DNA of 32,000 nt from Nitrobacter hamburgensis X14 (GTDB lineage Bacteria; Pseudomonadota; Alphaproteobacteria; Rhizobiales; Xanthobacteraceae), in the NCBI RefSeq assembly GCF_000013885.1, contig NC_007964.1:866166-898165 (forward strand), written 5' to 3'. Position numbers and translations under genes: made by a program. The notes below the pieces were generated by a model, which was given only the letters and a program-made list of their open reading frames with translations, did no database searches and was not told where the DNA came from. This document shows positions 16,696-25,006 of this stretch, piece after piece. The number at the start of each line of letters is the position of its first letter. The first letter of the stretch is position 1.

Positions 16696-16791
16696 TTTGA
16701 TCTCCTCTGTCATCGGCACCATCAGGCGGTGCCACTGACACGACCTCGCCGACCCGGGCGAGGGTGGAGAAGTCCGTAAGGTGGCTCGCGG

Positions 16792-17013
16792 CTAGTCCGT
16801 CGCGAGCCGGTTCAGGAGAGAAGCCGCATCATGCAAGCGCCCTGCTTCATAAATGAGCTGCTCAATATCCATGGAGACCTCGAGACCCTCAGTGATACTG
16901 CCTGCGACCGCGCAAGCCTCCGCGGCCTTGGCAATTCGTGCCGCTTCGCTCAGTTTGTTATGGACCTCGGCAATGATGAGTTTGATCGCTGGTTCAATGC
17001 TGGCGCGCTCCAT
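16792..17013 (-). CDS. Small hypothetical protein (73 aa)
   Basis: ATG 17011-17013 is preceded by a strong AAGGAGG. The product is helical and Ala/Glu-rich. No family recognised. Confidence 0.5.
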   Translation of the reverse strand: MERASIEPAIKLIIAEVHNKLSEAARIAKAAEACAVAGSITEGLEVSMDIEQLIYEAGRLHDAASLLNRLATD

Positions 17014-17078
17014 CGGGCCCTCCTTAAAAGTTGGACCCACTACCGCTCTGACGTCGCGCGAAGTCGAGCGGAAACTTG

Positions 17079-17123
17079 ATAATCTTGTGGCGAAGACTGC
17101 GGGCACCGGATCACGATGTGATC
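17079..17123. repeat. Copy A of a 45-bp repeat carrying a GGATCA-n5-TGATC palindrome core
   Basis: ATAATCTTGTGGCGAAGACTGCGGGCACCGGATCACGATGTGATC matches 17751-17795 at 37/45 positions by my count. Confidence 0.6.
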
Positions 17124-17153
17124 GAGGGTGACCAGAGCGCGCGGAAGGTGGGT

Positions 17154-17447
17154 TTATTTCGCCGACGCGCGTCGAGGCTTGGCCGGCGGCTTGCCGGCTA
17201 TAAGGTCTCGCAGCAATCTGACGGGATCAGCTCCAATGGCCCGCACGATCGCAACGAACTCGATAACGTCGATCCGCCGCTCGCCGCCTTCGTACTTGGC
17301 GACAAAGGATTGAGGGCGCTTGAGACGGCGTGCCAGCTCATGCTGGGTCAGGCCAGCCCGCTTGCGGGCAGCGACCATCAGGGCGCAAAAGGCGGCCTGG
17401 TCGGAGGAATGGACGGTCTTGTCGATCCCGCGGGCGGAAGCTGTCAT
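17154..17447 (-). CDS. XRE-family helix-turn-helix transcriptional regulator
   Basis: Reads KRAGLTQHELARRLKRPQSFVAKYEGGERRIDVIEFVAI. I prefer the start at MTASARG (17447). The ORF-track maximum is 17588. Confidence 0.8.
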   Translation of the reverse strand: MTASARGIDKTVHSSDQAAFCALMVAARKRAGLTQHELARRLKRPQSFVAKYEGGERRIDVIEFVAIVRAIGADPVRLLRDLIAGKPPAKPRRASAK

Positions 17448-17750
17448 CGCGCGGGCAAGCTGATCCCGAGACGGGATTATCCCAAAGCTAGAAAAGCTCG
17501 GATTCGTCGTCCAGGCTTCCGGACCTGCGGTGCTAATGGCGTAAATCGATCGTACAGCGCGATTATGTCCGAGGGACTCAATTCGCACTTTTAACGGTGG
17601 TAGCAGTCCGCCGTGCCAAGTGGCGCGTCAGACTATGCCAAGTTGGGCGCGTTCTATTTGGGGGCAACTTCCAGCGTGCACGAGCGTGGTTTGTTTGGAC
17701 GCTTGGAAGGGGCTCCTTCGAAACGCAAGCTGCGGCGGTTATCGCCTGGC

Positions 17751-17802
17751 ATAATCTTATGGCGAAGATTGGAGCCACAGGATCAGGATATGATCCTGTG
17801 GC
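17751..17802. repeat. Copy B of the 45-bp repeat, here forming a perfect 12-bp-stem hairpin
   Basis: GCCACAGGATCA-ggata-TGATCCTGTGGC occupies 17774-17802. It lies 43 nt downstream of the terminase-like stop and ~300 nt upstream of the XRE start. Confidence 0.6.
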
Positions 17803-17844
17803 CAGGCTACACGCTAGTGATAGTCGGTAACATCGCCTGAACGG

Positions 17845-19245
17845 TTACCCGACCCAGGAAAGCGTCTCATCATATCTGGAAGCATTGAACGCGAGTGCCT
17901 GCGTCAAGCTGTCGACCTGGTCATCATGCTTCCCTTGCGGAAATGTAAGCAACTCGGCCTCGAGGTCAGCCAGGAAAGGCGCTTGCTTGGGGAAATAAAC
18001 GTGGCCAGCTTCGAACTTGGCCGCCTGAACGTAGAGGCGCGTGACCTTGTCACGATCGACCGGAATCGGTTGAACGCGGAAGCGCCCTGCCTGTCGGAGT
18101 TCCTGAGCGAGCGCGATGCCTGCGGACGCGTCTTCGATAAGAATGGCTGTCGGATTGTATCTTTCGGCTAAAGCGAGCGTCGACTGACGCAGCTTCGGAT
18201 AGTCAAAGCGACCTCGCGTGACGTCCAATAAATAGTATTTACCCTTATCGACCAGCCAGGTGGTGCACACGGACCAGCTATTTTGCGCGCCCTCCTTGCC
18301 CGCGCAATCCCAACTCTGAATAATCCGTGCGCTGCTCGAGCCTTCGGGAGGGACATCGTAGTAACGAAGCCATCGCCGCTGGATCATCGCGCCGCCCGGC
18401 GGTACAGGGGCTTGTTGATCCTGCGCACTGAACGCTTCCGTCCCCATTTCCCGACGTAGATCCTCCAAAGTGGCCAGGGATTCGTATTTCTCGTGCAGCG
18501 CTTCACCGGCGTGACGCTCGTAGTATCGCGAATCGCCGATTTGAATGCGCTCGTCGACTTCAGCGATGGCCGGAAGACTGAGGACAGTCCACCGATCGGA
18601 GCTCTCGGTGAGGTAGCCGGTCAGGTCGCCAAGATGGACGCGCTGCATGACAACAATGATGGCGCTCTTTTCCTTGTTATCCAGGCGAGACACGAGCGTA
18701 TTGGAAAACCACTGGTTTAATTGATCTCGCAAAGGCTGGGATTGTGCATCCACAGGCTTTTGAGGGTCATCGATGATAAACAGGTCTCCTCCCAGACCTG
18801 TCAGGGCACCCCCGACTGAGCTGGTTTTACGGAAGCCCTGCCCGGAGGTGTAGATGTTGGAGTCAGCAGTCCGCGAGACGATCATTTGCGGGAATGCTCT
18901 GCGATACCAATTCGACATCATGATGGCCCGACAATCGGCCGCATGCTTTGCCGCCAATTCGGCGCCGTAACTTAAGCAAATGATCCGCCGCCTCGGATCG
19001 TGGCCTAAAAGAAAAGCGGGAAACGCCACTGATGTTATGATCGATTTGAGATAGCGAGGCGGCAGATTAATGATGAGCCTGTTGATGTCGCCTCGCCGGA
19101 TCCGCTCAAGCTGATAAGCAATCGCGTCAATGTGGTAGTTCGGAATAAAGGCCGATCCGGGATTTAACGTTCGGACGGAACGATGCACGAAGCTGGCAAA
19201 GTTGCTTCGCAGGATCGCATTGAAGAGGTCGATCTCATTTTTCAT
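17845..19245 (-). CDS. Phage terminase large-subunit-like protein (copy 1)
   Basis: Shows an ATPase-type N-terminus (LIINLPPRYLKS, Walker B DLFIIDDPQKP) and a nuclease-type C-terminus (IIQSWDCA ... ILIEDASAG ... GKHDDQVDSLTQAL). The start overlaps the DUF5681 stop by 11 nt. Confidence 0.8.
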   Translation of the reverse strand: MKNEIDLFNAILRSNFASFVHRSVRTLNPGSAFIPNYHIDAIAYQLERIRRGDINRLIINLPPRYLKSIITSVAFPAFLLGHDPRRRIICLSYGAELAAKHAADCRAIMMSNWYRRAFPQMIVSRTADSNIYTSGQGFRKTSSVGGALTGLGGDLFIIDDPQKPVDAQSQPLRDQLNQWFSNTLVSRLDNKEKSAIIVVMQRVHLGDLTGYLTESSDRWTVLSLPAIAEVDERIQIGDSRYYERHAGEALHEKYESLATLEDLRREMGTEAFSAQDQQAPVPPGGAMIQRRWLRYYDVPPEGSSSARIIQSWDCAGKEGAQNSWSVCTTWLVDKGKYYLLDVTRGRFDYPKLRQSTLALAERYNPTAILIEDASAGIALAQELRQAGRFRVQPIPVDRDKVTRLYVQAAKFEAGHVYFPKQAPFLADLEAELLTFPQGKHDDQVDSLTQALAFNASRYDETLSWVG

Positions 19246-19726
19246 GGTTTTGCCATTCGCTTGTGTTAGTCTCTCCGTTCTTGGCTGCGAAGTCCTGTAA
19301 GAACGCTTCGACGACCGCCTTGTCGTCTGCGCTGAGTTCCGGCGCCTCTTGGGTCATTGAGGTTGCCGCCGCATGGCGGGCCAACAAAAATGCTGCAGTC
19401 TTCGTATTGCCTTTGAGAGAATCCTCAGCGAAGCGGTACAGCATTGCTTCTAAGACGGGAATCTTGCGCGTACCCCCGGGTCCCCTTACACCGACCATGC
19501 GATACAGTACGTCATCGAGCATCTTCGCTTCGCTTTTCCGTCCTCTTGGCCGGCCTCTTGGGTTGCCACTCTGACCGGGCTTGAATTGGTGTTCGACCGG
19601 TGGCTTGCCGTAGCCGACGTCAGGATTCCTGGCTTTGCGCAATATGCGGGCGCGTACCCGTGGCACACGTTTGGTCGGAGACGCCGTGCAGTTACTCCGC
19701 GCGTCGTCATCGCTGCGCTTGCTCAT
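19235..19726 (-). CDS. DUF5681-family protein (small-terminase-like position, copy 1)
   Basis: Reads GYGKPPVEHQFKPGQSGNPRGRPRGRKS followed by a helical tail. Its start overlaps the methyltransferase stop as ATGA (19723-19726). Confidence 0.7.
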   Translation of the reverse strand: MSKRSDDDARSNCTASPTKRVPRVRARILRKARNPDVGYGKPPVEHQFKPGQSGNPRGRPRGRKSEAKMLDDVLYRMVGVRGPGGTRKIPVLEAMLYRFAEDSLKGNTKTAAFLLARHAAATSMTQEAPELSADDKAVVEAFLQDFAAKNGETNTSEWQNHEK

Positions 19727-21033
19727 TTGCCACCTCCATCGGTAGATCGTTTTGCCTCAATCTCGTGGAATGTTAAGCCGCTGGCTTCGAGGATCGCATC
19801 CTGCCCAGTAAATTGCTGCCAACGACGAATCGCGACGTCGACATAGAGCGGGTCGATCTCGATGCCGAAGCCGCGTCGGTCAACCCGTTCGGCAGCAAGG
19901 ATTGTTGTTCCGGATCCCATAAAGGGATCGAGGACAATGTCCCCGCGACGCGAACAATCCTTGATTGCATCCAGGACCAGTCCGACCGGCTTAACGGTCG
20001 GATGGACAGACAAATCATCCATCCGGCCAGCGCGGAATGTGTTTACGCCGGCGTACGTCCAGACGTTTGAACGATTGCGGCCGTGGCGACCTAATTCGAT
20101 GTTATTCTGGTGTGGGGCATCACCGTTTTTAAAAACAAGGATGAGCTCATGTTGTGAGCGATAGAAGCTACCTTGCCCGGCATTGGTCTTGCACCAGACG
20201 GCGACATTCTTGAGCTCGCTGTAGACAGCGTGCCCCGCAGTCAGGGCCTCCGAGAGATGGCGCCAATCTATAAAGACGAAATGGATTGAACCAGGCTTTG
20301 AAAACTCTGAACAGAGCTCCATCCATTGTCGTTGGAAGTTCACAAATTGCTCGGGCGAGAGTTCGCCGGATGCGCGGGCGAATTCCCGATGCTTGATCTT
20401 CCCTCGCCCGACGATCTTGACGATGGAATCGTTGTAGGGTTGATCGGGTATAGCGACCGACGCGAAACAATCTTTCATGAGCGCTTGGTATGCCTTGCGA
20501 CTGCAGGCATCTGCACAAATGAGTCTGTGGTCGCCTAATGTCCAGAGATCACCCTTGCGAGTGATGGCCTCCTTCGCCAGCAGGGGAGCGTCATCTGCTG
20601 GATCGCATTCTCCGTCGACCAGATCGACGAGCAAAGGTTCGATCTCAGCCGCGGAAAATCCGGTTATTTCGATATCGAGATTTATCTCAGGAAGAAGATC
20701 GGAGAGTTCGCCAAGCTCCTTGGCGAGGATTTTGCGGTCCCATCCGGCGTTGGCGGCGATTTTATTGTCCGCCAACATCAAGGCCCGCTTTTCGGTATCG
20801 CTGAGACCGCCGAAGACGATTACCGGAATCTTCTCTAAGCCAAGTTGCCGGGCGGCAAGTAGGCGACCATGCCCTGCCAGAGTAATGAGGTTCTCATCAA
20901 CCAATAGCGGATAGGTCCAGCCAAATCGCGAAATGCTATTTGCGATTTGGCTGATTTGCCTTTTCGAGTGCGTGCGGACGTTACGAGGGTTCGGCTTAAG
21001 AGAGCCGACAGCGATGCATTGGATGTTATGCAT
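19723..21033 (-). CDS. ParB-like nuclease domain fused to an N4/N6 DNA methyltransferase
   Basis: ParB-N motifs: LKPNPRNVRTHSKRQI ... LLVDENLITLAGHGRLLAA. Methyltransferase motifs: IPDQPYN (DPPY-like) and VLDPFMGSGTT (AdoMet motif I). I prefer the start at MHNIQCI (21033), preceded by AGGAG. The ORF-track maximum is 21087. Confidence 0.85.
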   Translation of the reverse strand: MHNIQCIAVGSLKPNPRNVRTHSKRQISQIANSISRFGWTYPLLVDENLITLAGHGRLLAARQLGLEKIPVIVFGGLSDTEKRALMLADNKIAANAGWDRKILAKELGELSDLLPEINLDIEITGFSAAEIEPLLVDLVDGECDPADDAPLLAKEAITRKGDLWTLGDHRLICADACSRKAYQALMKDCFASVAIPDQPYNDSIVKIVGRGKIKHREFARASGELSPEQFVNFQRQWMELCSEFSKPGSIHFVFIDWRHLSEALTAGHAVYSELKNVAVWCKTNAGQGSFYRSQHELILVFKNGDAPHQNNIELGRHGRNRSNVWTYAGVNTFRAGRMDDLSVHPTVKPVGLVLDAIKDCSRRGDIVLDPFMGSGTTILAAERVDRRGFGIEIDPLYVDVAIRRWQQFTGQDAILEASGLTFHEIEAKRSTDGGGK

Positions 21034-21776
21034 ACGACATCTCCTGCCAGCGAACTTCGCGGCCGCGCGCCGCTGTTCGCCAGCCATGGCTGGTCAATAA
21101 TGTTTTGAAAAAGAGATCCTGGCGATCTCGGCGGGCTGCTTTACTGGGTCATTCTCTGCAATGGCCACATAACGGCCTGCCCAGTCGCCTGACCAGCTCA
21201 TGGAGCATAGCCGAGTAATCGCCCAGCCCCAAGGTCCGACGATTCTCGTGAGGGCGATATGAATTAGTGATAGTTCGCGAGCGTAGTCAACATGAATCTA
21301 TTTCGCGGGAATAGGCGTTATGGAACGCCAATGTCGCTCGTTGGTTACTGCGCCACCGACATCTCTAGTCGCCCAATGCCTGGAAAATTCATTGCAGGTC
21401 GGTGGATGTCGATCCCGAGAACAAAGCGACTCTCGGGCAACGGCTCCCAACGTCCGTCGGTGTCGAGTCGGTCGAGGCATAGTATTTCGGCCGACGATCG
21501 TCTATTTGAACAGCGAATTCGCACGCGAGCGTCCGTGCGCGTTGGACCTCATAAGCGTCTAGGATGCCAGGCGACGATGACGCGGCTCCGGCCGCGTTGT
21601 GCGCCGGCGACAAGCTTGTGATCGGGAGTGGAACACGCCACGCGCTCCATATGCGATGGCCTGCACGTCATCGAGGCCGTGATCGATGCCGGCGCTACCT
21701 ACCCTAGGGCAACTGACCTCATACCTCACCGATTGGTCAGGCCAAAATGACTTTTTGTCATAAGGGGCTAGCTTGA

Positions 21777-23276
21777 CTATCGTTCGCCCATGCCTTCGGC
21801 AGGCTGCGGCGCGGCCTTGGCGCGGACCTTCTGCTCGATCTGCTTGCCGGTCGCGGCGTCAACCTTCTTCCAGTAGTCGATGGCGCGGCTGAGTACCGGC
21901 TCCTGCACACCGCCGAGTAGACTGCCGGCGACTTGATCTACGAACTGCGCCCGCTGGGCGTCATTCCAGACCTCGCGCACCATGGTGCCAGGCTGGCTGA
22001 AGTCGTCGTCCTCCTTGTGCAGCGTGTAGGTGCTGCGCACCATCTCGCCGTCGCTCTCCCAGCCGTCGGCAATCGGGCCGGTTTGATCCATCCAGGTGCG
22101 CCCGCCGCTGTTGGTGGCGTAGACTGGCGCGCTGCCGCTATGATCGAAGGCCATCTGGCCGTCGAACATATAGGTGTTGACCGGCACCTTCGGCCGGTTG
22201 ACCGGCAGTTGATGGAAGTTGGTACCGATGCGGTTACGTTGCGCGTCGTTGTAGGCGAAGGCGCGGCCCAGCAGCATCTTGTCCGGCGACAGACCGATGC
22301 CAGGAACCGTGTTGCCCGGCGAGAACGCCGCCTGTTCGATCTGGGCGAAGAAGTTTTCCGGGTTGCGGTTCAGCGTCATGGTGCCAACCCTTTTCAAGGG
22401 GTAGTCGGCGTGCGGCCATACTTTGGTGAGGTCGAACGGGTTGAAGCGATAGTTCTTCGCATCCGCATAAGGCATCACCTGCACCGACAGCGTCCAGCTC
22501 GGATGCTCGCCGCGCTTGATGGCATCGAACAGGTCGCGGCGATGGTAGTCGGCATCGCTGCCGGCCATGGCGGCGGCTTCCGCGTTGTTGAAGAACTTCA
22601 TGCCCTGATTGGTGTGGAAGTGATACTTGACCCAGAATTTCTCGCCCTTGGCGTTGATCCACATATAGGTGTGCGAACCGTAGCCATTCATGTTGCGCCA
22701 GGTGCGCGGCAGGCCGCGCTCGCCCATCACGTACGTAACCTGATGTGCGCTCTCCGGATTATTAGTCCAGAAATCCCACTGCATGTGATTGTCACGCAGG
22801 CCGGAATCCGGCAGCCGCTTCTGGCTGCGGATGAAGTGCGGGAATTTCATCGGATCGCGGATAAAGAACACCGGCGTGTTGTTGCCGACGAGGTCGTAGT
22901 TGCCCTCGCTGGTGTAGAACTTCAGCGAGAAGCCGCGCACGTCGCGCCAGGTATCCGGGCTTCCCATTTCGCCGGCGACTGTGGAGAAACGCGCCAGCAT
23001 CTCGGTCTTCGCACCTTTCTGAAACACCGCGGCCTTGGTGAACGCTGACATCTCCTCGGTGATGTTGAGTTCACCGAATGCGCCGGCACCCTTGGCGTGC
23101 GGCTGCCGCTCCGGCACCTTTTCACGGTTGAAGTGTGCCATCTGCTCGAGGAAATGTACGTCGTGCAGTAGAATCGGACCATTGGGGTTGAGCGTCAGTG
23201 AATTGCGGTCGCTGGCCGCCGGTACGCCGGTGCTCATGGTCGAACCGGTGTTTTGCTTTTTGTGTGAGCTACTCAT
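21777..23276 (-). CDS. katA: Monofunctional haem catalase (small-subunit type, ~499 aa)
   Basis: Reads [32 protein letters not shown] ... RFSTVAGE ... RGFSLKFYT ... [11 protein letters not shown] ... [11 protein letters not shown]. This is unambiguous catalase core sequence. The symbol is generic. Confidence 0.95.
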   Translation of the reverse strand: MSSSHKKQNTGSTMSTGVPAASDRNSLTLNPNGPILLHDVHFLEQMAHFNREKVPERQPHAKGAGAFGELNITEEMSAFTKAAVFQKGAKTEMLARFSTVAGEMGSPDTWRDVRGFSLKFYTSEGNYDLVGNNTPVFFIRDPMKFPHFIRSQKRLPDSGLRDNHMQWDFWTNNPESAHQVTYVMGERGLPRTWRNMNGYGSHTYMWINAKGEKFWVKYHFHTNQGMKFFNNAEAAAMAGSDADYHRRDLFDAIKRGEHPSWTLSVQVMPYADAKNYRFNPFDLTKVWPHADYPLKRVGTMTLNRNPENFFAQIEQAAFSPGNTVPGIGLSPDKMLLGRAFAYNDAQRNRIGTNFHQLPVNRPKVPVNTYMFDGQMAFDHSGSAPVYATNSGGRTWMDQTGPIADGWESDGEMVRSTYTLHKEDDDFSQPGTMVREVWNDAQRAQFVDQVAGSLLGGVQEPVLSRAIDYWKKVDAATGKQIEQKVRAKAAPQPAEGMGER

Positions 23277-23426
23277 GAAACCACCCTTTTTCTGATTTTA
23301 ATCGCAACCGGACCTCGGTTCCCGCATATTCGGTCAGACTGGCGCAAGTGGATGACAGACAGCTACGAACTCTCTTCGATTCATATTGTAATAGGCAGAT
23401 ATCCAAATTAGGTCTAATCGCTTTAT

Positions 23427-23960
23427 CTAGAGCGTTAGATAAGAAATTCTGATCGAGATGATTTCAGGTGTTTCCGGGATGATCGGCGCCTGACGGATCA
23501 GTTGCCGTGTGTCGGGAGTTCGTCCCGACAGATAACGCATCGTCGCGTCGGCCGCTTCGATCGCCTCGCGCGCGCCAGCGACCCGATGGATGGCGACATT
23601 ATCCATCACAACGATGTCGCCGCGTTTGAGCGTCGGCACCAGGCATTGCTCGACGTAGGCCAAGAAAATCTCTCCGTTCATCGCCCCATTGATAATCATC
23701 GGAGCAGTCATGCCATCACAGCGCAGCCCGGCCACGAAGGTCAGTGTTTTCCAGGCTCCGAAGGGCACGCGCGCAATCTGGTGGCTGATGCATGTTGTCA
23801 CATCATCCAGGAAATCGGGCGGCAGGTGTCGCGCAACATGTCTTTACAACTGAGACTCGATCGGCAACAGGCCGATAACGACAGCGGTGATGCGTCGCCA
23901 GATGTTTGCCGCAGGCTCGGAATCAAGGTGTGAATAGGCGTCGGAGAGTGACCCCTCCCG
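23427..23960 (-). pseudogene. Degraded IS630-family transposase relic
   Basis: ORF 23427..23801 carries the DDE-region pattern WKTLTFVAGLRCDGMTAP ... MNGEIFLAYVEQCLVPTLKRGDIVVMDNVAIH ... AREAIEAA. Upstream the frame (..PPDFLDDVTT..) is shortened and interrupted by stops. There is no intact N-terminal HTH. The upstream limit is approximate. Confidence 0.6.
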
Positions 23961-24299
23961 CGCCGAGCAGATCAATAGCTTAGCGCGCCGATCTGCGTCC
24001 AGACCCCGCGCCGATTAACAGCCGTTTGCGGGCGTCACAGCCCACGGCAGCAGATCGGTGCTTCCCCACGGCTTGCGATGCATTTGCATAGCGGCATGTT
24101 CGATCGTCACATGGCCTCCCGAGCCTCCGCTCACAAATCGAACCGACACGAGATGAGGTAACGCCGCTCACTGCTGCGAGCGCGGCTCGATCCTGATTTA
24201 AAAGCTAAGCCAGTGCGTCGTTCGCGATGCACGGCATCGCGGTTCAGGTGCGGCAACGAAATCGTCATGTCCACATTCAGCGGACGGGTCGCGACCTAG

Positions 24300-24988
24300 C
24301 ACGGGATTGCGAGGGTTGACGATCGGCGGGTGATCAGCGGCATCATCTTCGTTATCAGGAATGGTCTGCGCTGGCGCGATGCACCGCCGGGCTATGGTCC
24401 GTACAAGACGATCTATAACCGGTTCGTGCGCTGGAGCCGGCTTGGCGTCTTCAACAAGATATTTGCTGAACTGGCTCGTAAGGGCGGCGCTCCGAAGCGA
24501 TTAATGATCGACGCCACGCATTTGAAGGCGCACCGTACCGCCGCCAGCCTTTTAAAAAAGGGCCTGTTTCCCGATGTATTGGGCGCACCAAGGGCGGCCT
24601 GAACTCCAAACTGCACGCCGTATGCGACGGTCAAGGCCGCCCCATCATCATGCTGCTCAGCGAGGGCCAGATGAGCGATTACAAAGGCGCGGCCCTGATG
24701 ATCGATGCGCTGCCGCCCGCCAGGCAGTTGCTCGCCGACAAGGGTTACGACGCCGACTGGTTCCGTCAGGCTCTCGCCGCGCGCAGCATCACCGCATGCA
24801 TCCCATCAAAGTCAAACCGCAAAGAGAAAATCGAATATGATCGGGTGCTCTATCGCCAGCGGCACAAAATCGAGAATATGTTCGGAAGGCTCAAGGACTG
24901 GCGACGTATCCATACCCGCTACGATCGGTGTGCTCACACATTCATGTCCGCTATCTGCATCGCAGCAACCATCATCTTCTGGCTCTGA
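24300..24988 (+). pseudogene. 5'-truncated IS5-family (IS427-like) transposase, two frames linked by a -1 frameshift site
   Basis: orfA frame: (H)GIARVDDRRVISGIIFVIRNGLRWRDAPPGYGPYKTIYNRFVRWSRLGVF. orfB frame: IGRTKGGLNSKLHAVCDGQGRPIIMLLSEGQMSDYKGA ... DKGYDADW ... YRQRHKIENMFGRLKDWRRI. An in-frame TAG at 24297-24299 and the absence of the usual ~30 N-terminal residues indicate loss of the left end. Confidence 0.8.
24554..24560 (+). promoter_or_regulatory. A AAA AAG slippery heptamer for programmed -1 ribosomal frameshifting
   Basis: In the orfA zero frame the site reads TTA AAA AAG. A -1 slip gives ...LLKK-GPVSRCIGRTKGGLNSKLHAV..., which joins the 24650..24988 frame without a stop. Confidence 0.6.
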
Positions 24989-25006
24989 TCAATGAGTCCT
25001 GATGGG

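Noticed and set aside
21088-21776. Track ORFs 21292..21621 (+), 21389..21613 (-) and others in the gap between the methyltransferase and catalase genes
   Set aside because: There are no motifs, no RBS, and the frames mutually overlap. These may be eroded gene fragments, but I cannot support a call.
21933-23048. 371-aa plus-strand ORF
   Set aside because: It is antisense to the unambiguous catalase gene and is a high-GC shadow ORF.
23423-23442. Palindrome TTATCTA-gagcgt-TAGATAA upstream of the catalase gene
   Set aside because: It could be a regulator site or part of the IS630 relic terminus. It overlaps the relic's ORF end, and I have no second copy or consensus match to support either reading.
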